From assembly GCA_949292985.1 (NCBI GenBank), contig CASFBF010000011.1, positions 81,649 to 145,648 on the forward strand: a stretch of 64,000 bases of DNA, read 5' to 3'. Origin of the DNA: an uncultured Bacillota bacterium. GTDB lineage: Bacteria > Bacillota > Clostridia > Christensenellales > UBA1242. The notes beneath the pieces are model-generated. The model was not told the origin of the DNA, did not search any database, and saw only the letters and a list, made by a program, of their open reading frames with translations. Below are positions 1-9,200 of this stretch, piece by piece (the first letter of the stretch is position 1; each line of letters begins with the position of its first letter). Made by a program: the position numbers and the translations under genes.

Positions 1-280
1 AACTATCTATGGCTTTAATAAGACCAATAGCGCCAACTGAAATTAAATCATCAACCTCTATTGTTACTGAGCCAGCATATTTTTTTACAATGTGCGAAAC
101 CAGCCTTAAATTGTGGTTTATCAGTTCGCTTCTTGCACGCATATCGCCTTTTTCGTGATAAGCAACCAAAAGCGCACGCTCTTTTTCTTTTGAAAGAGGT
201 TTTGGGAAACACTCTGTATTATTTACAAATGCTGTAAAACACCTTAATTTGCTTAAAAAAAGCGGTAAACTTTCAAACAC
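1..280 (-). CDS. sigK: Sporulation sigma factor, pro-sigmaK-like; N-terminal part only, the gene runs off the window start
   Basis: Absent from the ORF track because it is truncated by the window edge. Minus-strand translation from GTG 280..278 (GGAG 7 nt upstream) gives VFESLPLFLSKLRCFTAFVNNTECFPKPLSKEKERALLVAYHEKGDMRARSELINHNLRLVSHIVKKYAGSVTIEVDDLISVGAIGLIKAIDS. FVNNxxFPxPLS, NHNLRLVxHIVKK and DLISxGxIGLIKAI match B. subtilis pro-sigmaK (YVKNNAFPQPLS, EHNLRLVAHIVKKF, DLISIGTIGLIKAIES). Confidence 0.7.
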   Translation of the reverse strand, partial: MFESLPLFLSKLRCFTAFVNNTECFPKPLSKEKERALLVAYHEKGDMRARSELINHNLRLVSHIVKKYAGSVTIEVDDLISVGAIGLIKAIDS

Positions 281-348
281 AATATTTCTCCTATAAGCAA
301 ATATATATGTCGAAATTTACCGATTTTTGCTTGGACACATTTTTTTAT

Positions 349-1245
349 TTAAAACAAGTCGTCTACAAAACTTTTTGCATCAAACAAATCTATGTCGTCA
401 ATTCCTTCGCCTGTCCCCACAAAAACAACAGGTTTGTTTAAATCTTTTTCAATAGCAATGGCAACACCACCTTTCGCTGTGCCATCAAGTTTTGTTAAAA
501 TTATGCCGTCAATAGGCACATATTCGTTAAACGCAGTAATTTGATTTAAAGCATTTTGTCCAGTTGTTGCATCTAAAACAATCAATGAAAGCCTTTGTGC
601 CTGTGGATATTCTCTATCAATAACCTTATTTATTTTTTTAAGTTCTTCCATAAGGTTTGATTTTGTGTGCAACCTTCCTGCTGTGTCAACAATAAGCACA
701 TCTGTTCCTTTGGCTTTTGCTGATGCAATGCCATCGTAAACAACTGCGGCTGCATCAGCGCCCTCAGCATGCTTAATAATTCTTGTTTTAGATCTTTCTG
801 CCCAAAGTGACAATTGCTCGCTTGCGGCAGCCCTAAAAGTATCACCAGCAACAAGTGTAACCGATTTTTTCTGCTGTGAAAAATACTTTGCAAGTTTGCC
901 TATTGTAGTGGTTTTACCAACTCCATTTACGCCAATAATTGTGATTATTAGTGGATAGGAAATTTCTATTTTCGGTGCATTTTCTAACTGTTCTGTTAAA
1001 ATTTTTTTAAGCGCAACCTTAACTTCTTCTGCGGTTCTGATTTTATTTTTTCTTGCATAAAGCCTTAATTCTTCAACAATCTCAATAGATGTTTTAACCC
1101 CCATATCGCATGAAATTAAAATATCTGTAAGTTCGTCGTAAAAATCGTCATCAAGTTCGCCATGACTTAAAATAGCGTCAAATTTTCTAGCGAATGCCTC
1201 ACGAGTTTTTTTAAGAGCATTAGCAAATTTTTTAAACAGCCCCAT
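349..1245 (-). CDS. ftsY: Signal recognition particle receptor FtsY
   Basis: 298 aa. SRP-GTPase motifs GVNGVGKTTTIGKLA, DTAGR and TKLDG. Sits immediately downstream of smc, overlapping it by 14 nt. GAGGTGG RBS. Confidence 0.95.
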   Translation of the reverse strand: MGLFKKFANALKKTREAFARKFDAILSHGELDDDFYDELTDILISCDMGVKTSIEIVEELRLYARKNKIRTAEEVKVALKKILTEQLENAPKIEISYPLIITIIGVNGVGKTTTIGKLAKYFSQQKKSVTLVAGDTFRAAASEQLSLWAERSKTRIIKHAEGADAAAVVYDGIASAKAKGTDVLIVDTAGRLHTKSNLMEELKKINKVIDREYPQAQRLSLIVLDATTGQNALNQITAFNEYVPIDGIILTKLDGTAKGGVAIAIEKDLNKPVVFVGTGEGIDDIDLFDAKSFVDDLF

Positions 1246-4200
1246 TTTCCACCTCTGCTTGTCTAATTGCGTCTGAAAGTTTAACTGAAACTATTTTAGA
1301 CACACCTTTTTCTTCCATTGTTACCCCAAATAACGATTCTGCATACTCCATAGTAGGTTTTTTGTGGGTAATAAGTATAAACTGGGTTGTGTCTGAAAGT
1401 TTTTTAAGATATTTATCCACAATTTCAACGTTACTATCGTCAAGAGCGGCTTCTACTTCGTCGAACAAACAGAAAGGCAGTGGTTTAATACGCAAAATAG
1501 CAAAAATCAAAGCCATTGCTGTTAAAGATTTTTCACCGCCTGAATAAAGCGACATGTTTTGAATTTTCTTTCCAGGAGGTTGAACAAAAATTTCTACCCC
1601 ACTTTCAAGCGGATTTTCTGGGTCAACAAGTTCAAGTTTAGCGTTACCGCCACCAAACAACTCTCTAAATGTGATTTTAAAACTATCGTTAATTTTATCA
1701 AGTTCGCTTGTAAACTTTTCAACCATGATTGAAGAAAGGTCTTTAATAATCTTGGTTAAGTCTTCTTCTGCTTTTTTAAGGTCATCAGACTGAGATGAAA
1801 GAGTGTTGTATCTATCAAGTAACGCTGAGCAATCTTCAATAGCGTTAACATTGATTGGACCGAGAGCATTGATTGCCTTTTTGATTTTTGCGATTTCAGG
1901 CATAGCAAATTTTATGTCAAAGTCTGGTCTTCTCATCTCCAAGCAATCATCGTAAGAAAGAGAATATTCTTCGTAGATGCGCTCCTGCATTGTTTCAATA
2001 TCAGTGTCCACTTTCGAAAGGTTCATTTCTTCTCTAAACTTTTTATCGTTTACAGCACTAATTTGTTCCATAAGAGTGGTTTTTTGTGCATCTAGATTTC
2101 TGATTTTTACTGATATGCTTGTTTTTTCATCTTCGGTTTGTTTTTGTCTTTGAGTGAGCAATTGAAGTTGAAGTTTAGCCTCACTGGCTGGCGCTGCTTG
2201 CAATTTTTGCTTTATCATTTGTTCTGCATTTTCAATAAACGCCTCATTATCCTGAATATGTTGACTTATCAAATGCAAATTTTCATTCTGTGCGCCAATT
2301 TCATTTTCAAGCCTTAAAATTTCAGCCTTAACAGATGAAACATTGGCTTTTGTAGAAGCAATTTCAACTCTAACAGCAGTTAAGTTGGCACTTATTTGCT
2401 CTCGTTGTTTTCTAAGGTTTTCTGCTTCGGCGCGTCTTTCTTCCATAACTGCATTAACATCGGTTTCGTTTCCGCTCAATGCGCTTTGCAAGCGTGAAGA
2501 TTTTTCGAATTCTGCACCAACAAGTTCCAAGTTGTTTGCAACCGATTGTTTCTCCATTTCCAGAACATTGATGTCGTCATCAATCTCTGCCAAAGCCTGT
2601 TTTTGTGCTTCCAATTTAGTTTTAAGAGTTGAAAGTTCAATGCTCAAAGTTGATAAGTTTGATGATGTAGCATCAAATTTATCTCTTTCAAGTTTAAACT
2701 CTTCTTCTAGAAGTTTCTTTTGCGTTTCAGCATTTTTCAAGAAAGAAGAAAGTTCTTCAATTTGTTTTTTCAAAGTTTCAATTTCTCTTTCTCTGCTCAT
2801 TATGCCAACGGCTTCACTTTTTCTGCTACCACCTGTAATAGAACCCTGAGGGTTGATTACATCACCGTCAAGCGAAACAATTTTAAACGCATAGCCCGTT
2901 TTCTTAGAAATTTCAATGGCATCAATAAGCCTTTCCACAATCACTGTTCCGCCCAGCAAGCCAGAAACAACATTATCAATTTTTTTATCAAACGAAATTA
3001 GTTCGTTTGCAACGCCGACAAAACCTTTTTCGTTTTTAATTCTGCCAACATCTATGCTTCTTCTTTTCATAGAAGAAATTGGAAGAAATGTTGCTCTGCC
3101 AAAATTATTTGTCTTTAAAAATTCAACCAGTTGTTTTGCGCCGTTTTCATCATATGTAACAATGTTTTGAACCGAAGAGCCTAATGCTACTTCAATTGCA
3201 GTTTCAAATTTTTCAGGCACTTTAATAAGCGAAGCAACCACTCCCACAATATGTTTAGAAAGTGCCTCATTTTGAGTTGCAAGTTTAAGCAATTTCTTGA
3301 CAGCGTAGTTATAACCTTCAAACTCTGCCTGCATTTCAGTAAGAAGTTTCAATCTGTTTTCATAAACTTTTAATTCGGTGTTTTTATTTTGTTTACCACC
3401 TTCAAAATCTTGAAGTTTTCTTTGCAATAAACTAACCTTGCCGGCAAGTTCGCCTCTATCCTTTTCAAGAGCACTTGCTTTGCACTGTTTTGCAGAGATT
3501 TCGGCTTCTAAAAGGGCAACATTTTTTTCAACTTCTTGTTTTTTGCCTTGTTCTTCTTGATATTGTTTTGTCAAATTTTCCAAACTTGATGACAAAAGTT
3601 GCTTTTCAGCAGAAAGTTTAGATATGGAACTTTTAACATCTGACAAAGTACCCAAAGTTTGTATAAATTCTTTTTGAGATTGTCCTGCTTCAATTTCACT
3701 TATTTCAAGTTGTTTTGCAGCATTATTATAACTTTGCGATAGTTCATCAAAACTCTTTTCCAAAGAAGAAAGTTTTTCTTCCAAACTTTGCAAATCCAGA
3801 GTTTTGTTTTCACGCTGAGAAGTTGCTGCCTCTAAAATCTTTTGTGCGTTGGTGGCATCAAGATTAAGCCTGTCGTTTTCTTTCTGAGTATACAAAATAC
3901 GCTCACGGGCAACTTTGGTTTCACCTTCCTGCTTCTCTAAACTTACCGTCAATTCCAAAATTTGAGAATTGATTTGTGAAAGAGTTTTATCAAAATTGGA
4001 AAGTTTATCCATTGCCTCGTCATATGCATCGCTCGCATTTTTTAACTCGCCATCTCTAAGCGCCAGTTCTTCGTTAATTGCTCTTAATTTTTCACGAATT
4101 CTATCTTTAAACTCGTTTGCATTTTCAAATTGGTAAATATATGCATTTACTTCTAAATCTTTAAGTTGGGCTTTATAATCCAAATATTTTTTTGCATTTT

Positions 4201-4828
4201 CGGCTTGTTTTTTAAGTGGCCCCATTTGCCTTTCAATTTCTTGAATTATATCGCCAACCCTATCTAGATTCTGTCTTGCTTGTTCAAGTTTTCTTTCAGC
4301 ATCGGTTTTTTCTTTTTTATATTTTGCAATTCCTGCTGCGTCTTCAAACATAGCACGCCTGCTTTCTGGCTTGCTTTCCACGATTTCAGTGATTTTGCCC
4401 TGACCAATAATAGAATAACCGCTTTTACCAAGACCGCTGTTGTATAAAAGGTTGTTAATATCCCTTAACAAGCAGGTGTTTCGGTTGATCAAATACTCAC
4501 TTTCACCAGAGCGATAAAGTTTTCTAGTGATGATAAGTTCGTCATAATCGAAATCAAAATATCTAGTTGAGTTGTCGAAATGAAGCGACACTTCACAATA
4601 AGAAAGGCTTTTTCTTTTCTCAGTTCCGTTAAAAATAACATCTTGCATGCTGTCAGCACGAAGGTCTTTAACTTTTTGCTCACCAAGAACCCAACGAATT
4701 GCATCTGCTACATTACTTTTACCGCAACCGTTTGGCCCTACAATAGCAGTGAACCCATCGCTAAAATCGATAACTGTTTTGTCGGCGAATGATTTAAATC
4801 CCGCCATTTCAATCTTTTTTAAAATCAT
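1232..4828 (-). CDS. smc: Chromosome segregation ATPase SMC
   Basis: 1198 aa. N-terminal Walker A GPNGCGKSN, long coiled-coil arms with a central hinge, C-terminal signature YSGGEK and Walker B LFDEVEAALD. Confidence 0.95.
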   Translation of the reverse strand: MILKKIEMAGFKSFADKTVIDFSDGFTAIVGPNGCGKSNVADAIRWVLGEQKVKDLRADSMQDVIFNGTEKRKSLSYCEVSLHFDNSTRYFDFDYDELIITRKLYRSGESEYLINRNTCLLRDINNLLYNSGLGKSGYSIIGQGKITEIVESKPESRRAMFEDAAGIAKYKKEKTDAERKLEQARQNLDRVGDIIQEIERQMGPLKKQAENAKKYLDYKAQLKDLEVNAYIYQFENANEFKDRIREKLRAINEELALRDGELKNASDAYDEAMDKLSNFDKTLSQINSQILELTVSLEKQEGETKVARERILYTQKENDRLNLDATNAQKILEAATSQRENKTLDLQSLEEKLSSLEKSFDELSQSYNNAAKQLEISEIEAGQSQKEFIQTLGTLSDVKSSISKLSAEKQLLSSSLENLTKQYQEEQGKKQEVEKNVALLEAEISAKQCKASALEKDRGELAGKVSLLQRKLQDFEGGKQNKNTELKVYENRLKLLTEMQAEFEGYNYAVKKLLKLATQNEALSKHIVGVVASLIKVPEKFETAIEVALGSSVQNIVTYDENGAKQLVEFLKTNNFGRATFLPISSMKRRSIDVGRIKNEKGFVGVANELISFDKKIDNVVSGLLGGTVIVERLIDAIEISKKTGYAFKIVSLDGDVINPQGSITGGSRKSEAVGIMSREREIETLKKQIEELSSFLKNAETQKKLLEEEFKLERDKFDATSSNLSTLSIELSTLKTKLEAQKQALAEIDDDINVLEMEKQSVANNLELVGAEFEKSSRLQSALSGNETDVNAVMEERRAEAENLRKQREQISANLTAVRVEIASTKANVSSVKAEILRLENEIGAQNENLHLISQHIQDNEAFIENAEQMIKQKLQAAPASEAKLQLQLLTQRQKQTEDEKTSISVKIRNLDAQKTTLMEQISAVNDKKFREEMNLSKVDTDIETMQERIYEEYSLSYDDCLEMRRPDFDIKFAMPEIAKIKKAINALGPINVNAIEDCSALLDRYNTLSSQSDDLKKAEEDLTKIIKDLSSIMVEKFTSELDKINDSFKITFRELFGGGNAKLELVDPENPLESGVEIFVQPPGKKIQNMSLYSGGEKSLTAMALIFAILRIKPLPFCLFDEVEAALDDSNVEIVDKYLKKLSDTTQFILITHKKPTMEYAESLFGVTMEEKGVSKIVSVKLSDAIRQAEVENGAV

Positions 4829-4843
4829 TGTTTTTCCCTTTGT

Positions 4844-5479
4844 TTAAATTTCTTCTTTGAATAAAATTGATATTGCTTGTTTTGCACAGTTTTGCTCTGC
4901 CGAAGTTTTATCTGCTCCTTCACCTGTGGCAATCAAATCTTCATCCATATAAAAATTTGAGATGAAACCATTATCTGACTTATAAGTATCATACTTCATT
5001 GCACACTTAAACCCTGCCTGAACAAGTTCTTGAAGTTTACTTTTATAATTGGTGTCTTTAATTTTATCAAAAGTTTCAAGTTCAAAATTTCTCTCGATAA
5101 ATCTCTTTGCTTCTTCAAGGGAACTATCGAGATAAATTGCCGCAATAATCGCTTCAATTATATCCGCTTTTACCGCTTTTGGCAACTGTCCACCCATACT
5201 TTTGCCTTTAATGATTTCGCCAGCCAAATTAAGTTTATCAAAAACTTTGCAAAGATAACTTTCTGAAACAAAATGACTTCTTACAACAGTTAAAAATCCT
5301 TCATCTTTGTCCGAATTTTTGAACAGATAATCTCCAACCAAGAAGTCTAATATACTATCTCCCAAAAATTCCAATCTCTCGTAATTATTAGGTGATTTCG
5401 AGGCGTGAGTAACTGCCCTTGTAAGCAACGCCTGATTTTTAAACTTCACCTTCAATTTTTCTTCAAGCGTTGTTTGCAC
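4844..5479 (-). CDS. rnc: Ribonuclease III
   Basis: RNase III signature ERLEFLGDSILDF plus a C-terminal dsRBD. Start placed at GTG 5479, with GGAGG 6 nt upstream. The ORF-track ATG at 5503 would overlap plsX by 41 nt and has no RBS. Confidence 0.9.
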   Translation of the reverse strand: MQTTLEEKLKVKFKNQALLTRAVTHASKSPNNYERLEFLGDSILDFLVGDYLFKNSDKDEGFLTVVRSHFVSESYLCKVFDKLNLAGEIIKGKSMGGQLPKAVKADIIEAIIAAIYLDSSLEEAKRFIERNFELETFDKIKDTNYKSKLQELVQAGFKCAMKYDTYKSDNGFISNFYMDEDLIATGEGADKTSAEQNCAKQAISILFKEEI

Positions 5480-6476
5480 TAACCACCTCCAACGCCTTTT
5501 CAATTTTTTCTATAAGTTTATTTTCATAAAGCAAAATTGCTTGGTCAATAGAAGAAGCAATGTTGTTTCTATTAGAAGAGCCATGGTTTTTCATAACAAT
5601 TTTTTTACAGCCCAAGAAAGGCGACCCGCCATGCTTGCCCAAAACATCCATTCTTCCTTTCAATTCTTTAAAAGTTTTTGACATAAAAAGTGCGCCAATT
5701 TTACTTGAAATATGTGATTTAATGGAGTTTTTCAATAAAGAAAGCACGGCTAAAACAGCCCCTTCTGATGCCTTTAAAAGAACATTTCCAGCAAACCCTT
5801 CTGCAACCATTACATCAACATTGCCCGACATATACTCTCTTGCTTCAACATTTCCTATAAAGTTTACAGGAGCACTTTTTATAAGCGGAAATGCCTCTTT
5901 TGTCAGTTCATTTCCTTTATGTGCTTCGGTTCCGTTTGAAAGTAAGCCAACTCGTGGATTTTCTACCCCGTATAAAATCGAATAATAGGCACTTCCCATT
6001 AAAGCAAAATGTTGAAGATTTATTGGCTTACAGTCAACATTTGCTCCGCTATCTATCAGCAAAACATCTTTATTTGCAAGTTTAGTTGGCAAAACTGGAG
6101 CAAGCGCAGGGCGTGAAATGCCTTTAATTCTGCCAATTTTCATTATTGCGCCAGTTAAAATTGCGCCAGTTGAACCAGCCGACACCATAGCAATAACATC
6201 GTCATTTTCTTTTAAAAGGTCAAACGCTTTAACCAAAGACGAATTTTCTTTTTTTCTAATAGCCTCTGTCGGCACATCGTCGTTGGTGATAATATCAGGA
6301 GCATGCAAAATACTTATCTTTTCGCTTTCCCTTCCATTCAGCACTTCCCTAATTTTTTCTTCATCTCCACAAAGAATAAACTCAGCCTCGGGGTGTTTTT
6401 GCGCACCCAAAAGCACACCCTCAATAATTTCACTTGGCGCATTATCACCACCAAAAGCATCTATGGCAATTTTCAT
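5463..6476 (-). CDS. plsX: Phosphate acyltransferase PlsX
   Basis: 337 aa. N-terminus MKIAIDAFGGDNAP and overall PlsX-like sequence. Conserved position upstream of rnc. Confidence 0.9.
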   Translation of the reverse strand: MKIAIDAFGGDNAPSEIIEGVLLGAQKHPEAEFILCGDEEKIREVLNGRESEKISILHAPDIITNDDVPTEAIRKKENSSLVKAFDLLKENDDVIAMVSAGSTGAILTGAIMKIGRIKGISRPALAPVLPTKLANKDVLLIDSGANVDCKPINLQHFALMGSAYYSILYGVENPRVGLLSNGTEAHKGNELTKEAFPLIKSAPVNFIGNVEAREYMSGNVDVMVAEGFAGNVLLKASEGAVLAVLSLLKNSIKSHISSKIGALFMSKTFKELKGRMDVLGKHGGSPFLGCKKIVMKNHGSSNRNNIASSIDQAILLYENKLIEKIEKALEVVSANNA

Positions 6477-6522
6477 GTTTACCTCTAAATATATTTATTA
6501 AACAACAAATAGTCTAACAAAA

Positions 6523-6554
6523 TAAAAAAAATAAGTAAAGCAATTTTTACTTAT
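6523..6554 (-). terminator. Rho-independent terminator after rpmF
   Basis: Minus-strand hairpin AAGTAAA-loop-TTTACTT followed by a run of about 8 T. Confidence 0.5.
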
Positions 6555-6645
6555 TTTAAAAATCAAAATTTTTGAAAATATTAGTCAAATAAAACAATAT
6601 GTAGTATAATTTATGTCATAAAACCCCTAGCATATAGTATTATGT

Positions 6646-6840
6646 TTACTTATTTTTCTTTTTTTCAACTTCAATCACAGTTTGGTTTTTATATGTTCCG
6701 CATTTTTTGCAAGCAGTATGAGGTGCTTTTAATTCGTGGCATTGTGGGCACTCAACAAGTGTTGGAGCCGTAGCCTTAAAATTAGCGGAATTTCTTGAAT
6801 TTCTTCTTGCTTTTGAAACTTTACCCTTTGGAACAGCCAT
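6646..6840 (-). CDS. rpmF: 50S ribosomal protein L32
   Basis: 64 aa. MAVPKGKVSKARRNSR N-terminus and a CPQC..CKKC zinc ribbon. AAGGAGG RBS. Confidence 0.95.
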   Translation of the reverse strand: MAVPKGKVSKARRNSRNSANFKATAPTLVECPQCHELKAPHTACKKCGTYKNQTVIEVEKKKNK

Positions 6841-6873
6841 GATTTCCTCCTTAAAAATTAAACATTCTTTTCA

Positions 6874-6902
6874 ATTATATTTATTTACCGTTGATTTGTC
6901 AA
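6874..6902 (-). promoter_or_regulatory. Consensus sigmaA promoter of rpmF
   Basis: Minus strand TTGACA (6902..6897), 17 nt spacer, TATAAT (6879..6874), about 30 nt upstream of the rpmF ATG. Confidence 0.6.
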
Positions 6903-6916
6903 GCAAATTTAACAAT

Positions 6917-8122
6917 TTAGTCTTTTAAATTAGCAATCTGTTTTGTATCTCTTGCAATTAAAAGTTCTTCATTAGTTGGAATTCTGTAAACTTTAATTTT
7001 AGATTTAGCAGTTGAAAGTTCTTCAACAGTTCCCCTTGGAAGATTTCTGTTCTTCTCTACATCAAAGTCTACACCTGCATATGCTAAATTTTTGAGTATT
7101 TCTTCACGCACGGCTTCATCGTTCTCACCTACGCCTGCTGTAAACACAATTGCATCTGCACCACCAAGCACAGCCAGCATTGCACCAACATGTTTAACTA
7201 TTCTGTAACAATACATGTCAAATGCAAGTTTTGCGCGCTCGTTGCCCTGTTTGATTGCATTGCCAAGTTCTCTCATATCACTTGAAACGCCTGAAATTCC
7301 AAGTACTCCACCTTCTTTGTTGAGATAGTTCACTATTTCCCCAGCAGATTTATTTTTCTTTGTTGCCAAAAATGATACTACTGTCGGGTCGATATCACCA
7401 GAGCGAGACCCCATCATAACACCTTCAAGCGGAGTAAAGCCCATTGTTGTGTCTATGCTTTTTCCATCTTTTATTGCAGTTATTGACGAACCATTTCCAA
7501 TATGGCAAGAAATGATTTTAATGTCTTTTGGGTTTTTGCCTAAAACTTTTGCTGTTTCGCCTAAGATAAACCTATGGCTTGTGCCATGAAACCCATATTT
7601 TCTAATGTGATATTTCTGATAGTCTTCGTATTTTATTCCATACATAAATGCTTTTTCAGGCATAGTTGAATGGAATGCAGTATCAAACACAACAACCTGT
7701 GGTGTGTTTGGCATTACTTTTCTGCAACCAACCATACCTGCAATATTTGCTTCGGCATGAAGTGGTGAAATATCTTTTGTTTGTTTAAGATTTTCAATAA
7801 CTTCATCGGTTATAAGAACGCTTTCGCTGTAAAGCCAACCACCTTGCACACATCTGTGCCCTACTGCTGAGATTTCATCGAAAGAATCAACCACTTTAAG
7901 TTCGCTTTTAGACAGCATGTCTAAAACAACTTGCAAGGCTTGTGTATGGTCTTTCATTGGAAGATGTTTAACAATCTCTTTGCCTTTTGCTTTATATTCA
8001 ATAAACGGGTCTGCAAGCCCTATCATTTGACACGTTCCTTTTGCAATTACACTTTCATCTTTCATTTCAAAAAGTTGAAATTTTATTGAAGAACTTCCTG
8101 CATTTATAATAAGTATTTTCAT
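6917..8122 (-). CDS. ackA: Acetate kinase
   Basis: 401 aa. MKILIINAGSSSIKFQLF N-terminus and acetate/propionate kinase family sequence throughout. Confidence 0.93.
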   Translation of the reverse strand: MKILIINAGSSSIKFQLFEMKDESVIAKGTCQMIGLADPFIEYKAKGKEIVKHLPMKDHTQALQVVLDMLSKSELKVVDSFDEISAVGHRCVQGGWLYSESVLITDEVIENLKQTKDISPLHAEANIAGMVGCRKVMPNTPQVVVFDTAFHSTMPEKAFMYGIKYEDYQKYHIRKYGFHGTSHRFILGETAKVLGKNPKDIKIISCHIGNGSSITAIKDGKSIDTTMGFTPLEGVMMGSRSGDIDPTVVSFLATKKNKSAGEIVNYLNKEGGVLGISGVSSDMRELGNAIKQGNERAKLAFDMYCYRIVKHVGAMLAVLGGADAIVFTAGVGENDEAVREEILKNLAYAGVDFDVEKNRNLPRGTVEELSTAKSKIKVYRIPTNEELLIARDTKQIANLKD

Positions 8123-9102
8123 TTTGTCTCCTTTGCTTGAAGCGCTGTTATTGCGCTTAAAATTATAATATCTTCTACGCTACAACCCCTAGAAAGGTCG
8201 TTAACTGGTTTTTTCAAACCTTGAACTATTGGGCCAATAGCATTAACCCCGCCAAACATTTGAATCGCTTTATAACATATATTTCCAGAATTTAAATCTG
8301 GGAAAATCAAAATGTTGGCATTGCCTTGCAACGGACTGTTTGGCACCTTGATTTTTGCCACACTTGGATTAAGAGCAGCGTCTATTTGCAGTTCGCCATC
8401 ACTGACAACTGCTGGACGGGAAAACTTGCTTGCAGCAATTCTAACCTTTTCAGTCATCTCGCTTTTTGCACTGCCCTTTGATGAATATGACAAAAACGCC
8501 ACATTCATTTCATCTATTCCAAACTGTTTTGCACTATCAACGGTTTGGTTTGCAATTGTTACAAGTTCTTGTGCTGTCGGGTTTTCATTTAAGCCACAGT
8601 CTGACAAAAGAAGCGTTCTATTATTTAAGAATTTATTTTTACCAAACATCAAAAAGCATGATGAGGCTTTAATATCTTTTTTTGAAGTTTTTATAATTTG
8701 CAAAGCCGGCCTTAATGTATCTGCGGTTGGACACTCTGCGCCTGCCACCATGCCATCGGCCACATCTAAATCAACAAGTAATGTAGCAAAATAATATGGG
8801 TCCTGCACCAACGCCTCTGCTTGCTCCAAACTTAATCCTTTATCTTTCCTTTTTAAGTAAAGATGTTTAATAAGTTTGTTTTTGTATGCATATGTTTTTG
8901 GATTTAAAATTGTAAAGTTTAAAAGAGATTTATCGCGTATTACTAAACTGCTTTCATCTCCAACTAAAATAACATTGCAAATATTTTTTTTCTTCAAAAA
9001 TTTAACCGCTTCGATTGTGCGGTCGCTGAACCCAGCCTCTGGGAAAATTATTGTTTTATTTCTTGCTTTCGCCCTTGCAAAAAGTTGTTTTATATCAAAC
9101 AT
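8119..9102 (-). CDS. pta: Phosphate acetyltransferase
   Basis: 327 aa with a phosphate acetyl/butyryl transferase fold (short Pta form). 4-nt overlap with ackA. Confidence 0.88.
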   Translation of the reverse strand: MFDIKQLFARAKARNKTIIFPEAGFSDRTIEAVKFLKKKNICNVILVGDESSLVIRDKSLLNFTILNPKTYAYKNKLIKHLYLKRKDKGLSLEQAEALVQDPYYFATLLVDLDVADGMVAGAECPTADTLRPALQIIKTSKKDIKASSCFLMFGKNKFLNNRTLLLSDCGLNENPTAQELVTIANQTVDSAKQFGIDEMNVAFLSYSSKGSAKSEMTEKVRIAASKFSRPAVVSDGELQIDAALNPSVAKIKVPNSPLQGNANILIFPDLNSGNICYKAIQMFGGVNAIGPIVQGLKKPVNDLSRGCSVEDIIILSAITALQAKETK

Positions 9103-9161
9103 AAAAGGTTGTCCTTTTAAACTAAAATTATTTAATTATTCTTTTATTAAGACATTTTTAG

Positions 9162-9189
9162 TATATATAAATTGTCGAAGTTCTGTCAA
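9162..9189 (-). promoter_or_regulatory. Candidate sigmaA promoter of pta-ackA with an embedded Spo0A-box heptamer
   Basis: Minus strand TTGACA (9189..9184), 16 nt spacer, TATATA (9167..9162). The spacer contains TTCGACA, which is TGTCGAA on the plus strand at 9173..9179. Confidence 0.45.
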
Positions 9190-9200
9190 ATGGTTTCGAG

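Noticed and set aside
4573-4579. A TGTCGAA heptamer inside smc coding sequence.
   Set aside because: Several coding-region occurrences are expected by chance across 64 kb on both strands. Only the intergenic copies were reported.
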